32,000 nt of DNA from Aquifex aeolicus VF5. Lineage in GTDB: Bacteria > Aquificota > Aquificia > Aquificales > Aquificaceae. Shown piece by piece: positions 8,129-16,451 of the stretch. Position 1 is the stretch's first letter. Every line of letters starts with the position of its first letter. The stretch spans positions 1,230,001 to 1,262,000 of the forward strand of contig NC_000918.1 of NCBI RefSeq assembly GCF_000008625.1. The letters are read 5' to 3'. The notes below the pieces were generated by a model. It was not told the origin of the DNA, did no database searches, and was given only the letters and a program-made list of their open reading frames with translations. The translations under genes were made by a program, and so were the position numbers.

Positions 8129-8974
8129 TTAGGAGGAGAAGATGAGGATCGCTTCAGGTCTCTTTATTCTGGGAACTACCATTTCCATTACGCGGAAGGT
8201 GTGGTTCATGTTTGAGGTTTCCACAAAGGCAACGTTTACGTCAAGTGCGATCGCAAGGTCGAAGTTCGCCGGAGATGCGGATACGAGAAGAACAATATCT
8301 TCGGGAATTATGGGAGTCTGGTAAACTTCCTTTACTACCTTTTTAATTTGTTCAAGCTCTAAAAGTCCCGTGTTGTCGTGAATTCTGTTGAGGAGGAAGT
8401 ATCTCTTCGGATTAACGATTAAGTAATAATTGGTGTAAAAGCCCTTCTCAACGAGTCTTGATATTCCCTTCACGACGTCCTGAAAAGCATTTCCCACTTT
8501 TTCCCAGTCGGAGAGTTCTTCCCTGAGCGTTCCCTTTGCCGTGAGGAATCCCTCTATGCCCATTTCCTGATTTCCGAAGAGTATGAGCTTGTCTTCCGCT
8601 ACCGCCAGAGAACTCGCTGCTGCGGCAACGCCCGTCGTGTCCACGGGTAGGTTAAACTGCCTCCAGTGCTCCAAATCCCTCCAGGAAATGACAAAGTCCT
8701 TGTAGAGTGTGGGAACTGGGACGTGTTTCCTCTCACCGGTTCTCACGGGTTCGCAAACCTTGTACTCCTGTCCCGGTTTTACTTCGCAAACCCCCGGTTC
8801 TACCCCGTAAAGGACGTCGTATGACACTACCTGATGTCCCGCTCCAAAGGGACCCACAACGGGCATAAACTTTCTGCACACTACGGTGCTTTTGAAGACT
8901 TCATAAGCGGTTTTGTCTATCTGTTCCCACTCCTCCGCCGTGAGCGGTGCTTGGTCTCTCTGAAGAAATTCCAT
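8129..8974 (-). CDS. family 1 encapsulin nanocompartment shell protein (linocin M18 / HK97 fold)
   Basis: 281 aa. The N-terminus MEFLQRDQAPLTAEEWEQIDKTAYEVFK and the C-terminus PEAILIFSS parallel the Thermotoga maritima encapsulin as I remember it. A strong SD (AGGAGGAGGTGG) precedes the ATG. Confidence 0.85.
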   Translation of the reverse strand: MEFLQRDQAPLTAEEWEQIDKTAYEVFKSTVVCRKFMPVVGPFGAGHQVVSYDVLYGVEPGVCEVKPGQEYKVCEPVRTGERKHVPVPTLYKDFVISWRDLEHWRQFNLPVDTTGVAAAASSLAVAEDKLILFGNQEMGIEGFLTAKGTLREELSDWEKVGNAFQDVVKGISRLVEKGFYTNYYLIVNPKRYFLLNRIHDNTGLLELEQIKKVVKEVYQTPIIPEDIVLLVSASPANFDLAIALDVNVAFVETSNMNHTFRVMEMVVPRIKRPEAILIFSS

Positions 8975-9006
8975 AATCCACCTCCTCCTTTTATTTTAAA
9001 TTATTC

Positions 9007-11043
9007 CTAATCAAAAATAATTCTCACATTTTTCATACCCTTCAGTTCTTTTAACTCCTCCGGAAGCCTTCCCAGTTTAAACTTTAACATATAACGGTAA
9101 ACTTCTCTAAACTCTTCGTAAACCTTAAAGAAGTTCTCCGAAACCTTTTCCTTTAAGAACTCGTCAATTTCCTGCTCACTTTCCACAACCACGAGCCTCG
9201 AGAAAGGTGGAAGGAACTCCTCTTTCCTCCTTTTCAGTTCTCTTTCAAAAAGCTCTTCAAAGTTTTTGTTCAGTATAAGGCTTTTGTCCTCCTCGGAAAT
9301 CAGTGCACTCTGGATAACGAGGCTATTTTTGGCTACTCTCAGACTTTTCAAAACAAGGTTTAAGAACCTTTCCCTTGACCTGTAATTGGGGACCGAAAGG
9401 AGGGTGTCCGCGTTCAGGATAACCACGTTTTCATACTCCTCGAACCACTTCGGATTAGTTGTAAAAGAAAAGTTTTCCCTCTCACTGAAAAAGTCTTTTA
9501 TGACTTCCCTCGCCCTTTCCAGTCCAAATCCCATTTCTTGGAGCTCTCCACCGCATGAAGGACATTCAAAGGCTTTACTCCCGTAGTGTTTCTTTACCCT
9601 CGGACAAAAGATTTCCCCTTTTTCCTTACTGAAAGTTAAAAGAGAACCGCATTCGGGACACTCTGCGAGGGATTCGCACCTCGGACAGTAGGCGTAAGAG
9701 TAGCCCTGCTTTACCACGACGAATAAAGTTCTTTCCTCTACTCTATCGTTAATAAATTTGTATGTCTCCTCCGTTATTACCTCGCCCTTTCTCTCGTGGA
9801 TATAGATATTTGCCTTAAAATCCTCTTTTCTGTGTTTAAAAATTCCCTTCTTTATCAGAAGGAAGCTTTCTAGTCTGGGATAGGGAGAGGTAAAGATTAA
9901 TTCAGATGCGTACTTCTGGGAGAGGAGGTATGCGATCCTCCTCAGGTCAACGCCGTTTGCCGGAAACTTTGTGTTCTCCTGTTCGTTAAAAAGTACCACG
10001 CTTTCGAGTTCGGAAAAGGGTAAAAAGACGGACTTAAAGCTTCCCAAAAATACAAATCCACTTTCGTGAGCCCTGAACCAGTTCTCGTAAAGTTCCTTTG
10101 GTTTTATCCTTGCGGATATCTCCACAACCTTTTCCCCGAAGTAATTCCTGAGCTCATCAGAAACCCTGTAGAGTTCCTCCTTGCTTGGAAACAGAACTAA
10201 GGTATTCTTCCCTCCCCCTAAGTTCTGGGCAACCAAGTTTATTAAAAAATCAAGAGCTCTTTTAAAACTCGTAGAAAGATACTCGTTTCCCTTTTTCCTT
10301 TTAACCAGAGGGGGCGCCTGTTTAAGCGGAATTTCGGAAAGTGCTTTGGGGTAAAGGATTTCCCTTTTTAATATTCCTCTCTTTAAAAGGTCGTTTATGT
10401 GGGAAGACTTAAAACCCTGTTCCAGGAGTTCCTCTTTTGTAACTTTTTCTCTTTCGTTTATAAACTCTATTAATTCCTTCTTTTCTTTTGAACGAACCCT
10501 CTTTAGTGCTTCTTCTAGCGGAATGTTTAAGGAGTAAACTTCCTCTTCAACCCTTGGTATCACCCATTCCGTTTTCTTTAGAATTATCCCGTGGTCCTTG
10601 AGCAGGTGAATTAACCGATAATCAAACCTCTCCAGAAGTGTTTCGTAAGGTACTTTTCTCCTCTTTTTTATATACTCAACAACCTGTAGGGAATTTTTAT
10701 CCAGATTTTTTAAATTCCTCGGTGCTAAAAGGACGAAATTTTCCTCGTACCAGTCAAAGCTTGCGGGTATAAAGCTCCAGAGTATCTTCCAAGGTATATC
10801 CAGGTAATAATTCCCGAGGTCTTTTGCAATTTCTAAAGCTTTTGTGTTTACAAGGGGAAGTTTATCGGGAAGGGAGGAAACCCTCCCTTGGGCTTTGCCT
10901 TCCGAAAGTCCTACGATTATTCCCGTACTCCCCTTTCCGCTCTTTCCCTTAAACAGAACCCTGTACCCGATTGGGTTTTTAGGGCAATCTTCACACTCCA
11001 ATAAGTAGGTTCTCCCGCTGGATATGGCAACCTTAACGAGCAC
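9007..11043 (-). CDS. priA: primosomal protein N' (PriA) homolog with degenerate helicase motifs, GTG start
   Basis: 678 aa, colinear with PriA. It has an N-terminal 3'-DNA-binding-like domain and a Cys-rich zinc region (CPRCESLAECPECG...CPSCGG). The C-terminal domain contains LPPF. Motifs I, II and VI are not canonical (see findings). Confidence 0.75.
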   Translation of the reverse strand: MLVKVAISSGRTYLLECEDCPKNPIGYRVLFKGKSGKGSTGIIVGLSEGKAQGRVSSLPDKLPLVNTKALEIAKDLGNYYLDIPWKILWSFIPASFDWYEENFVLLAPRNLKNLDKNSLQVVEYIKKRRKVPYETLLERFDYRLIHLLKDHGIILKKTEWVIPRVEEEVYSLNIPLEEALKRVRSKEKKELIEFINEREKVTKEELLEQGFKSSHINDLLKRGILKREILYPKALSEIPLKQAPPLVKRKKGNEYLSTSFKRALDFLINLVAQNLGGGKNTLVLFPSKEELYRVSDELRNYFGEKVVEISARIKPKELYENWFRAHESGFVFLGSFKSVFLPFSELESVVLFNEQENTKFPANGVDLRRIAYLLSQKYASELIFTSPYPRLESFLLIKKGIFKHRKEDFKANIYIHERKGEVITEETYKFINDRVEERTLFVVVKQGYSYAYCPRCESLAECPECGSLLTFSKEKGEIFCPRVKKHYGSKAFECPSCGGELQEMGFGLERAREVIKDFFSERENFSFTTNPKWFEEYENVVILNADTLLSVPNYRSRERFLNLVLKSLRVAKNSLVIQSALISEEDKSLILNKNFEELFERELKRRKEEFLPPFSRLVVVESEQEIDEFLKEKVSENFFKVYEEFREVYRYMLKFKLGRLPEELKELKGMKNVRIIFD

Positions 11044-11053
11044 TAATTTAAAT

Positions 11054-11488
11054 CTATTCCTTTAGGGCTTTTAAGACTTTTGAGTCGAGTTCCGTCATTT
11101 TTAGAACGTTCCCCGTGTGTGCAAAGGGGATAATCCCGGTTATCGTGGCTCCTGGAAAGAGGGAGTTTTCCACTTCGTCTATTTGAACCTCAAAAACGGA
11201 CACGGGGAAAGGGACGTCTTCTATCTTTTCCTTGATTTCCTTTCCGACCCCGTAACAACTGAGTGCTTTGTCGGGAGCGAATATCTGTATCGCTACTTTT
11301 GAGTTCTGTCTTATGTTCTGTGCAGTCTTTGCGTTTGAGCTCACGGCTATCCTTATGGTTCTCTCGTCTGTAGGATAAACCCAGGTTATGAAGGCGAGGT
11401 GGGGATTTCCTTCACCGTCAACGGTCGACACAACAACGGGAAAAACGTTTAAATCCCTCATCAAATCTATTAAATCTCTCGGTAACAT
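11054..11488 (-). CDS. pyridoxamine 5'-phosphate oxidase-like FMN-binding split-barrel protein (144 aa)
   Basis: The sequence pattern VVVSTVDGEGNPHLAFITWVYPTDERTIRIAVSSNAKTAQNIRQNSKVAI is typical of the PNPOx-like family. An SD (AAGGAGGTGGAAA) precedes the ATG. Confidence 0.65.
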   Translation of the reverse strand: MLPRDLIDLMRDLNVFPVVVSTVDGEGNPHLAFITWVYPTDERTIRIAVSSNAKTAQNIRQNSKVAIQIFAPDKALSCYGVGKEIKEKIEDVPFPVSVFEVQIDEVENSLFPGATITGIIPFAHTGNVLKMTELDSKVLKALKE

Positions 11489-11542
11489 TTTCCACCTCCT
11501 TAAAATTTTGTTTACAGATATTTTAATTTGTTTCCCCGACGT

Positions 11543-11570
11543 TTGCCTTTCTATGAGTTAGGTATATAAT
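11543..11570 (+). promoter_or_regulatory. putative promoter TTGCCT-16 nt-TATAAT for the inositol-phosphate synthase gene
   Basis: TTGCCT is at 11543-11548 and a perfect TATAAT at 11565-11570. This predicts a leader of about 74 nt, which contains a 9-bp hairpin and a mini-uORF. Confidence 0.35.
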
Positions 11571-11650
11571 TTTATAAAAGAACGATAAAGCTTCTTAAAA
11601 GCTTTATTAGAGAAAACCCAAAAGGGAGGTGTGAGAATGGCAGAAAGAAG

Positions 11651-12745
11651 GTGAGAGTGGCTATCGCGGGAGTGGGAAACTGCGCGAGCTCCTTCATACA
11701 AGGTATTTACTACTATAAGAAGAAGGGAACTGTTGACGTCAGCGGTTTAATGCACGAAGACATAGGCGGATACAAGCCCTGGGACATTGAAATAGTCGCA
11801 GCGTGGGATATTGACGCGAGAAAAGTCGGAAAAGACGTCTCAGAGGCTATATTCGCACCGCCAAACTGTACGGCTGTGTTCGAACCGGACGTTCCCCACA
11901 TGGGCGTTAAGGTAAGGATGGGTAAGGTTCTGGACGGATTTGCACCGCACATGAAAGAATACCCACCTGAAAGGACTTTCGTACTTGCGGACGAAAAGGA
12001 AGACGAACTCGAAGACGTAGTGGCAGTTTTAAAGGAAACCCAGGCTGACGTTTTAATCAACTACGTTCCCGTGGGAGCGGAACAGGCTGCAAGGTTTTAC
12101 GCGGAAGCTTGTCTGAGAGCGGGAGTGTCTTTCATAAACGCGATGCCCACATTCATAGTTTCAGACCCCGAATGGGCTAAGAAATTTGAAGAAGCCGGAA
12201 TACCCGTTGTGGGGGACGACATAAAGTCTCAGGTGGGAGCTACGATAGTTCACAGAGTGCTCACTCAACTCTTTGTGGACAGAGGTGTTAAATTAGACAG
12301 AACTTATCAGCTCAACTTCGGTGGGAACACGGACTTCCTGAACATGCTCGCAAGGGAAAGGCTAAAGACCAAGAAGATATCCAAAACTGAAGCGGTAACC
12401 TCACTACTCCCCTACGACCTCGGATGGGAAAACGTACACATAGGACCTTCCGACTGGGTGCCTTGGCTAAACGACAGGAAGATAGCTTACATAAGGATGG
12501 AAGGAAGACTCTTCGGAGACGTACCCATGTACATTGAACTGAAACTCGACGTTGAAGACTCTCCAAACAGCGCAGGTTCTATGATAGACGCAGTAAGGTG
12601 TGCAAAACTTGCAAGAGACAGAGGAGTTGCAGGACCTCTCTACTCCATAAGTGCATACACCATGAAGCACCCACCCATTCAGTATCCGGACTGGCAGGCT
12701 AAGAAGATGGTAGAAGAATTCATCAGGGGAGAAAGAGAAAGGTAA
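11651..12745 (+). CDS. ino1: myo-inositol-1-phosphate (inositol-3-phosphate) synthase, short prokaryotic type; GTG start
   Basis: 364 aa. It has an N-terminal NAD-binding segment ([17 protein letters not shown]). It is colinear with the Thermotoga/archaeal MIPS sequences I recall ([36 protein letters not shown]). Confidence 0.85.
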   Translation: MRVAIAGVGNCASSFIQGIYYYKKKGTVDVSGLMHEDIGGYKPWDIEIVAAWDIDARKVGKDVSEAIFAPPNCTAVFEPDVPHMGVKVRMGKVLDGFAPHMKEYPPERTFVLADEKEDELEDVVAVLKETQADVLINYVPVGAEQAARFYAEACLRAGVSFINAMPTFIVSDPEWAKKFEEAGIPVVGDDIKSQVGATIVHRVLTQLFVDRGVKLDRTYQLNFGGNTDFLNMLARERLKTKKISKTEAVTSLLPYDLGWENVHIGPSDWVPWLNDRKIAYIRMEGRLFGDVPMYIELKLDVEDSPNSAGSMIDAVRCAKLARDRGVAGPLYSISAYTMKHPPIQYPDWQAKKMVEEFIRGERER

Positions 12746-12832
12746 TAAAAACTCCCCTTTTCCTTTTCTTTTGGAATACCCCCTTTAGGTAAAAATTTTT
12801 TTATTTTTAAAAGGATTCTGTTTATAGAAAGG

Positions 12833-12908
12833 TGGTGGGCTGCCCGGGACTCGAACCCGGAACCTGCGGATTAAGAGTCCGCCGCTCTGCCTATTGAGCT
12901 AGCAGCCC
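12833..12908 (-). tRNA. tRNA-Lys (anticodon CUU), encoded CCA
   Basis: The reverse complement GGGCTGCTAGCTCAATAGGCAGAGCGGCGGACTCTTAATCCGCAGGTTCCGGGTTCGAGTCCCGGGCAGCCCACCA folds as a canonical 76-nt cloverleaf with anticodon loop CT-CTT-AA. Confidence 0.93.
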
Positions 12909-12933
12909 TCGTCTGAAGAATATTATAACACAT

Positions 12934-13010
12934 TGGCCGGGCTGGCGGGAGTCGAACCCGCAACCTCGGGATCCGTAGTCCCGCGCTCTATCCAGTTGAG
13001 CTACAGCCCG
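12934..13010 (-). tRNA. tRNA-Arg (anticodon ACG), encoded CCA
   Basis: The reverse complement CGGGCTGTAGCTCAACTGGATAGAGCGCGGGACTACGGATCCCGAGGTTGCGGGTTCGACTCCCGCCAGCCCGGCCA folds as a 77-nt cloverleaf with anticodon loop CT-ACG-GA. Confidence 0.92.
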
Positions 13011-13107
13011 TACCAAGTTAATAATTTTAATCCCTTGCCCTATGGTAGTCCAGCTTGATCAAATACACTTTTTCATTTTTCATGAAGTCCTTAAAATATT
13101 TAAAACT

Positions 13108-15111
13108 ATGCCTCAGCTTTTTAAAACCTCTAAAAAAATCGACGAGCTGGTTATAAACACTATTCGCTTTTTGAGCGTTGATATGGTCGAAAGGGCAAAA
13201 TCAGGACACCCCGGAATGCCCCTCGGAGCTTCCCACATAGTTTATCTGCTTTACGACAGGATAATGAAGTACAACCCTAAAAATCCCAATTGGTTTAACA
13301 GGGATAGGTTTATACTCTCTGCGGGCCACGGAAGTGCAATGCTCTATGCAGCCTTCTACATGTTCGGATTTGACCTGACTCTTGAGGATCTAAAAGCCTT
13401 CAGGCAACTAAACAGCAAAACTCCGGGACACCCCGAATACGGACTCACTCCCGGCGTTGAGGTGACTACCGGAAACCTCGGACAGGGATTCGGGAATGCG
13501 GTTGGGATGGCGATGGCTGAGAAATTTTTGTCCCACTACTTTAACAGGGAAGGATACCCCGTTATAGATCACTACACCTACGTCCTTGTATCGGATGGGG
13601 ACTTAATGGAGGGTGTTTCTTACGAGGCTGCATCCCTTGCGGGACACTTTAAGTTAAACAAGTTAATAGCAATATGGGACAACAACCACATAACTATAGA
13701 CGGAGACACTAAGCTTACGTGGACGGAAGACGTCTTAAAAAGGTTTGAAGCCCTCGGTTGGGAAGTGTACCACCTGGAAGACGGGTACAACTTGGATCTT
13801 CTGGAAGAAACGATTCTAAAAGCAAAAGAAAGCGACAAGCCCACCTTTATATCCGTGAGGACGCACATAGGTTACGGAACGCCCCTTCAGGATACACCGG
13901 AAGTCCACGGGAAGCCTATGGGCAAAGAGATAGTGGAGGAAACCAAGAAGAAGTTCGGCTGGCCACTTGAGGAGTTTTACGTCCCCGAAGAGGCACTCAA
14001 TTATACGAGAAGGAAAGTTGAAGAGGGGAAAGCTCTCGAAGAAGAGTGGAACAAACTTTACGCCGAATACAGGGAAAAATACCCCGACCTTGCCCAGACG
14101 CTTGAGAAGGCTCTTAACAAGGAGTGGAGTTTAGACTGGCTTGAAAAAGTAGAGGAATTCAAAGAAGACATGCCTACCAGAAAAGCCTCGGGGAAAGTGC
14201 TCAACGTAATGGCGGATTACATACCCACCATGATTGGCGGTTCGGCGGACCTTTCGGAATCCGTGAACACAGTGTTGAAAAAGTACGGAGATTTTGAAGC
14301 CGACACACCTACAGGAAGGAACGTTCACTACGGTGTCAGGGAACACGCCATGGGAACGATTCTCAACGGCATGGCTTACCACGGAGGAATACTCCCTTAC
14401 GGCGGTACTTTCCTCATATTCTCGGAGTACATGAGACCCGCTATAAGAACGGCAGCACTCGCAAACCTACAGGTAATCTTCGTTTACTCTCATGACTCCA
14501 TAGGTCTGGGAGAGGACGGTCCTACCCACCAACCCGTTGAACAACTTTGGAGCCTGAGGAGCATACCCAACCTCTGGGTAGTAAGACCCGCCGACGCAAA
14601 CGAGGTGAAGTACGCGTGGGAGATAGCCCTGAAGAGGAAAAACGGCCCCACGGCCATAATACTCACGAGACAAAAAGTAAAAACCATAGACAGATCCAAG
14701 TACGCCTCTCCGGAAGGCGTAAGGAAAGGGGCTTACGTTATAGCTGATACAGAAGGAAAACCGGATGTTGTAATCATCGCAACAGGTTCGGAAGTTCAGG
14801 TTGCACTCGGAGCGAAAGAGATACTGGAACAAAAAGGAATAAAAACGAGAGTGGTTAATATGGCTTGCTGTGAACTCTTCGAAGAACAGCCCGAAGAGTA
14901 CAAAAGGGAAGTTCTGCCTCCCGAAGTTACGAAGAGGGTAGCCGTTGAAGCGGGAAGGGACACGGGCTGGTATAAGTACGTAGGAAGCGACGGACTCGTT
15001 ATTAGCCTGAACGAGTTCGGTAAGTCCGCTCCCGGAAGCGTTCTCTTTGAGTATTACGGCTTTACACCGGAAAACGTGGCCAATAAGGTAATTGAAAAGT
15101 GGTTTTCCTGA
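13108..15111 (+). CDS. tkt: transketolase
   Basis: It has the ThDP motifs SGHPGMPLG, GDGDLMEGVS and HDSIGLGEDGPTHQP. I prefer the ATG at 13108 (MPQLFKTSKKIDELVINTIRFLS...) over the track start at 13042, because alignment to other transketolases begins there. Confidence 0.93.
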   Translation: MPQLFKTSKKIDELVINTIRFLSVDMVERAKSGHPGMPLGASHIVYLLYDRIMKYNPKNPNWFNRDRFILSAGHGSAMLYAAFYMFGFDLTLEDLKAFRQLNSKTPGHPEYGLTPGVEVTTGNLGQGFGNAVGMAMAEKFLSHYFNREGYPVIDHYTYVLVSDGDLMEGVSYEAASLAGHFKLNKLIAIWDNNHITIDGDTKLTWTEDVLKRFEALGWEVYHLEDGYNLDLLEETILKAKESDKPTFISVRTHIGYGTPLQDTPEVHGKPMGKEIVEETKKKFGWPLEEFYVPEEALNYTRRKVEEGKALEEEWNKLYAEYREKYPDLAQTLEKALNKEWSLDWLEKVEEFKEDMPTRKASGKVLNVMADYIPTMIGGSADLSESVNTVLKKYGDFEADTPTGRNVHYGVREHAMGTILNGMAYHGGILPYGGTFLIFSEYMRPAIRTAALANLQVIFVYSHDSIGLGEDGPTHQPVEQLWSLRSIPNLWVVRPADANEVKYAWEIALKRKNGPTAIILTRQKVKTIDRSKYASPEGVRKGAYVIADTEGKPDVVIIATGSEVQVALGAKEILEQKGIKTRVVNMACCELFEEQPEEYKREVLPPEVTKRVAVEAGRDTGWYKYVGSDGLVISLNEFGKSAPGSVLFEYYGFTPENVANKVIEKWFS

Positions 15112-15119
15112 TTTATAAT
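15092..15119 (+). promoter_or_regulatory. putative promoter TTGAAA-16 nt-TATAAT for tRNA-His / rpsT, embedded in the tkt 3' end
   Basis: TTGAAA is at 15092-15097 and TATAAT at 15114-15119. The tRNA-His 5' end lies 13 nt downstream of the -10 box. Confidence 0.35.
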
Positions 15120-15132
15120 TATTTATTCGGTA

Positions 15133-15209
15133 GGAGGGTGTAGCTCAGTTGGTAGAGCGGGGGACTGTGGATCCCCGTGTCGCGGGTTCGAGTCCCGTCA
15201 CCCTCCCCA
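15133..15209 (+). tRNA. tRNA-His (anticodon GUG) with genomically encoded G-1 and CCA
   Basis: GGAGGGTGTAGCTCAGTTGGTAGAGCGGGGGACTGTGGATCCCCGTGTCGCGGGTTCGAGTCCCGTCACCCTCCCCA has anticodon loop CT-GTG-GA. The extra 5' G pairs with C73, which is the His identity feature. Confidence 0.93.
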
Positions 15210-15233
15210 TTTGCAGTATCAGGAGGTAAGGAA

Positions 15234-15518
15234 ATGCCAAACACCAGACAGGCAAAAAAGAGAATGAGGAGAGATGCGAAAAGGAGACTTAGGAACAGGT
15301 ATCACCTCTCAAGGATGAGAACTTATATAAAGAACTTCAGGAGAATGATTGAAAACGGAGAGATTGATAAGGCTAAAGAGTACATAAACGAAGTTATCAG
15401 CGTTATTTATCACACAGCCGCTAAGGGAGTTATTCATAAAAACGAAGCTGCAAGAAGGGCTTCAAGGGTTTACAAGCTATTAAACAAAGCCCTTCAGCAG
15501 CAACAAGCTCAGGCTTGA
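15234..15518 (+). CDS. rpsT: 30S ribosomal protein S20
   Basis: MPNTRQAKKRMRRDAKRRLRNRYHLSRMRTYIK... is typical S20. AGGAGGTAAGGAA precedes the ATG at 15234. The longer track ORF (15177) would overlap tRNA-His. Confidence 0.93.
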   Translation: MPNTRQAKKRMRRDAKRRLRNRYHLSRMRTYIKNFRRMIENGEIDKAKEYINEVISVIYHTAAKGVIHKNEAARRASRVYKLLNKALQQQQAQA

Positions 15519-15527
15519 TCCTTTCCT

Positions 15528-16301
15528 TTGCCCTCCCTAAAAATTTCCCCTTCAGAAGCTGAAAAGATACAAAACTACCTTGTTTCATCAGGTTTTAGAA
15601 AAATTAATGCACCATATACGTTATGGGCCCTTGAAGGAAACGGTGTAAAGGTTTATTACTACAAGACTGGAAGTCTTTTAATACAGGGAAAAAATTCCGA
15701 AAAAGTTTTAAAAGAAGTTTTAAATCTACTGGAAAAGAAAAAACTACCGGGGTGTGATGAATCGGGAAAAGGGGATATTTTCGGTTCCTTAGTTCTTTGC
15801 TGTGTTTGCATTCCGGAGGAAAATTACTTAAAAGTATCTTCCCTAAATCCGAGGGATACCAAAAGGCTATCGGATAAAAGGGTAGAAAGGCTTTATTTAG
15901 CCCTGAAACCCCTCGTGAAGGCTTACTGCTACGAAATTAAGCCAGAAGAATACAACAAACTCTATAGAAAATTTCGGAACTTAAATAAGATGATGACGCA
16001 CTTTTACAAGCTCCTTATAGAAAGAGTTAAAGAAGAGTGCGGTGTTTCCGAAGTCGTGGTAGACAAGTATCAGCCATCAAACCCTTTCGGAGAAGACGTG
16101 ATATTTGAAACGGAGGCTGAGAGAAACTTGGCTGTTGCGGTGGCAAGTATATTCGCGAGGTATAAATTTCTCCAATCCTTAAAGGAAGTTGAAAGAGAAC
16201 TTGGAATAAAAATCCCTAAAGGAACTTCAAAGGAAGTTAAAGAACTCGCAAAATCGTTAAAAAATCCGGAAAGATTTATAAAGTTAAACTTTAACGTCTA
16301 A
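15528..16301 (+). CDS. rnhC: ribonuclease HIII (TTG start)
   Basis: 257 aa. It has an N-terminal TBP-like substrate-binding domain followed by an RNase H2/H3 catalytic core (GCDESGKGDIFGSLV). Confidence 0.85.
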   Translation: MPSLKISPSEAEKIQNYLVSSGFRKINAPYTLWALEGNGVKVYYYKTGSLLIQGKNSEKVLKEVLNLLEKKKLPGCDESGKGDIFGSLVLCCVCIPEENYLKVSSLNPRDTKRLSDKRVERLYLALKPLVKAYCYEIKPEEYNKLYRKFRNLNKMMTHFYKLLIERVKEECGVSEVVVDKYQPSNPFGEDVIFETEAERNLAVAVASIFARYKFLQSLKEVERELGIKIPKGTSKEVKELAKSLKNPERFIKLNFNV

Positions 16302-16451
16302 AAAGTCCACGTAAGAGTCTTCTATGCCTGCCTCTTCGAGCAGATCTTTTAAGTTTACCTTAAATTCATAGCAAAAATCGCTTTCTTCTAAGCAGGTATA
16401 TCCCTTTAAAAGTTCGTAATTTTCCAAAAACTCGATAACTTTTTTGCTCAT
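16284..16451 (-). CDS. small hypothetical protein (55 aa), below ORF-track cutoff
   Basis: Manual translation gives MSKKVIEFLENYELLKGYTCLEESDFCYEFKVNLKDLLEEAGIEDSYVDFLDVKV. A strong SD (GAGGAGGTAGGACT) precedes the ATG at 16451. A TTGACA-16-TAGATT promoter-like pair lies at 16515-16488. The ORF overlaps the rnhC 3' end by 18 nt. Confidence 0.45.
   Translation of the reverse strand: MSKKVIEFLENYELLKGYTCLEESDFCYEFKVNLKDLLEEAGIEDSYVDFLDVKV

Noticed and set aside
10927-10950. GKSGKGST in the PriA-like N-terminus as a displaced Walker A motif
   Set aside because: It does not fit GxxxxGK[ST], because the residue after the second G is S. It also lies in the N-terminal DNA-binding domain (aligned with E. 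coli VPFGKQQERIGIVV), not in the helicase core.
12909-12933. Idea that tRNA genes here are transcribed without 5' leaders (promoter fixed relative to +1, as in organisms lacking RNase P)
   Set aside because: Distances from the best -10-like boxes to the mature 5' ends are inconsistent. They are 4 nt for Ser, about 7 for Arg (TATTAA), 13 for Lys (TGTTATAAT in the Arg-Lys spacer) and 13 for His. The sequence shows no fixed-spacing rule.
13042-13107. Upstream ATG giving a 689-aa transketolase
   Set aside because: The extra 22 residues (MVVQLDQIHFFIFHEVLKIFKT) have no counterpart in transketolases I know. The ATG at 13108 gives a normal N-terminus. This is not proven, so N-terminal data would settle it.
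15177-15233. N-terminal extension of the rpsT ORF (track start 15177)
   Set aside because: The extension lies inside tRNA-His (15133-15209). The canonical S20 N-terminus MPNTRQAKKR starts at 15234 with AGGAGGT upstream.
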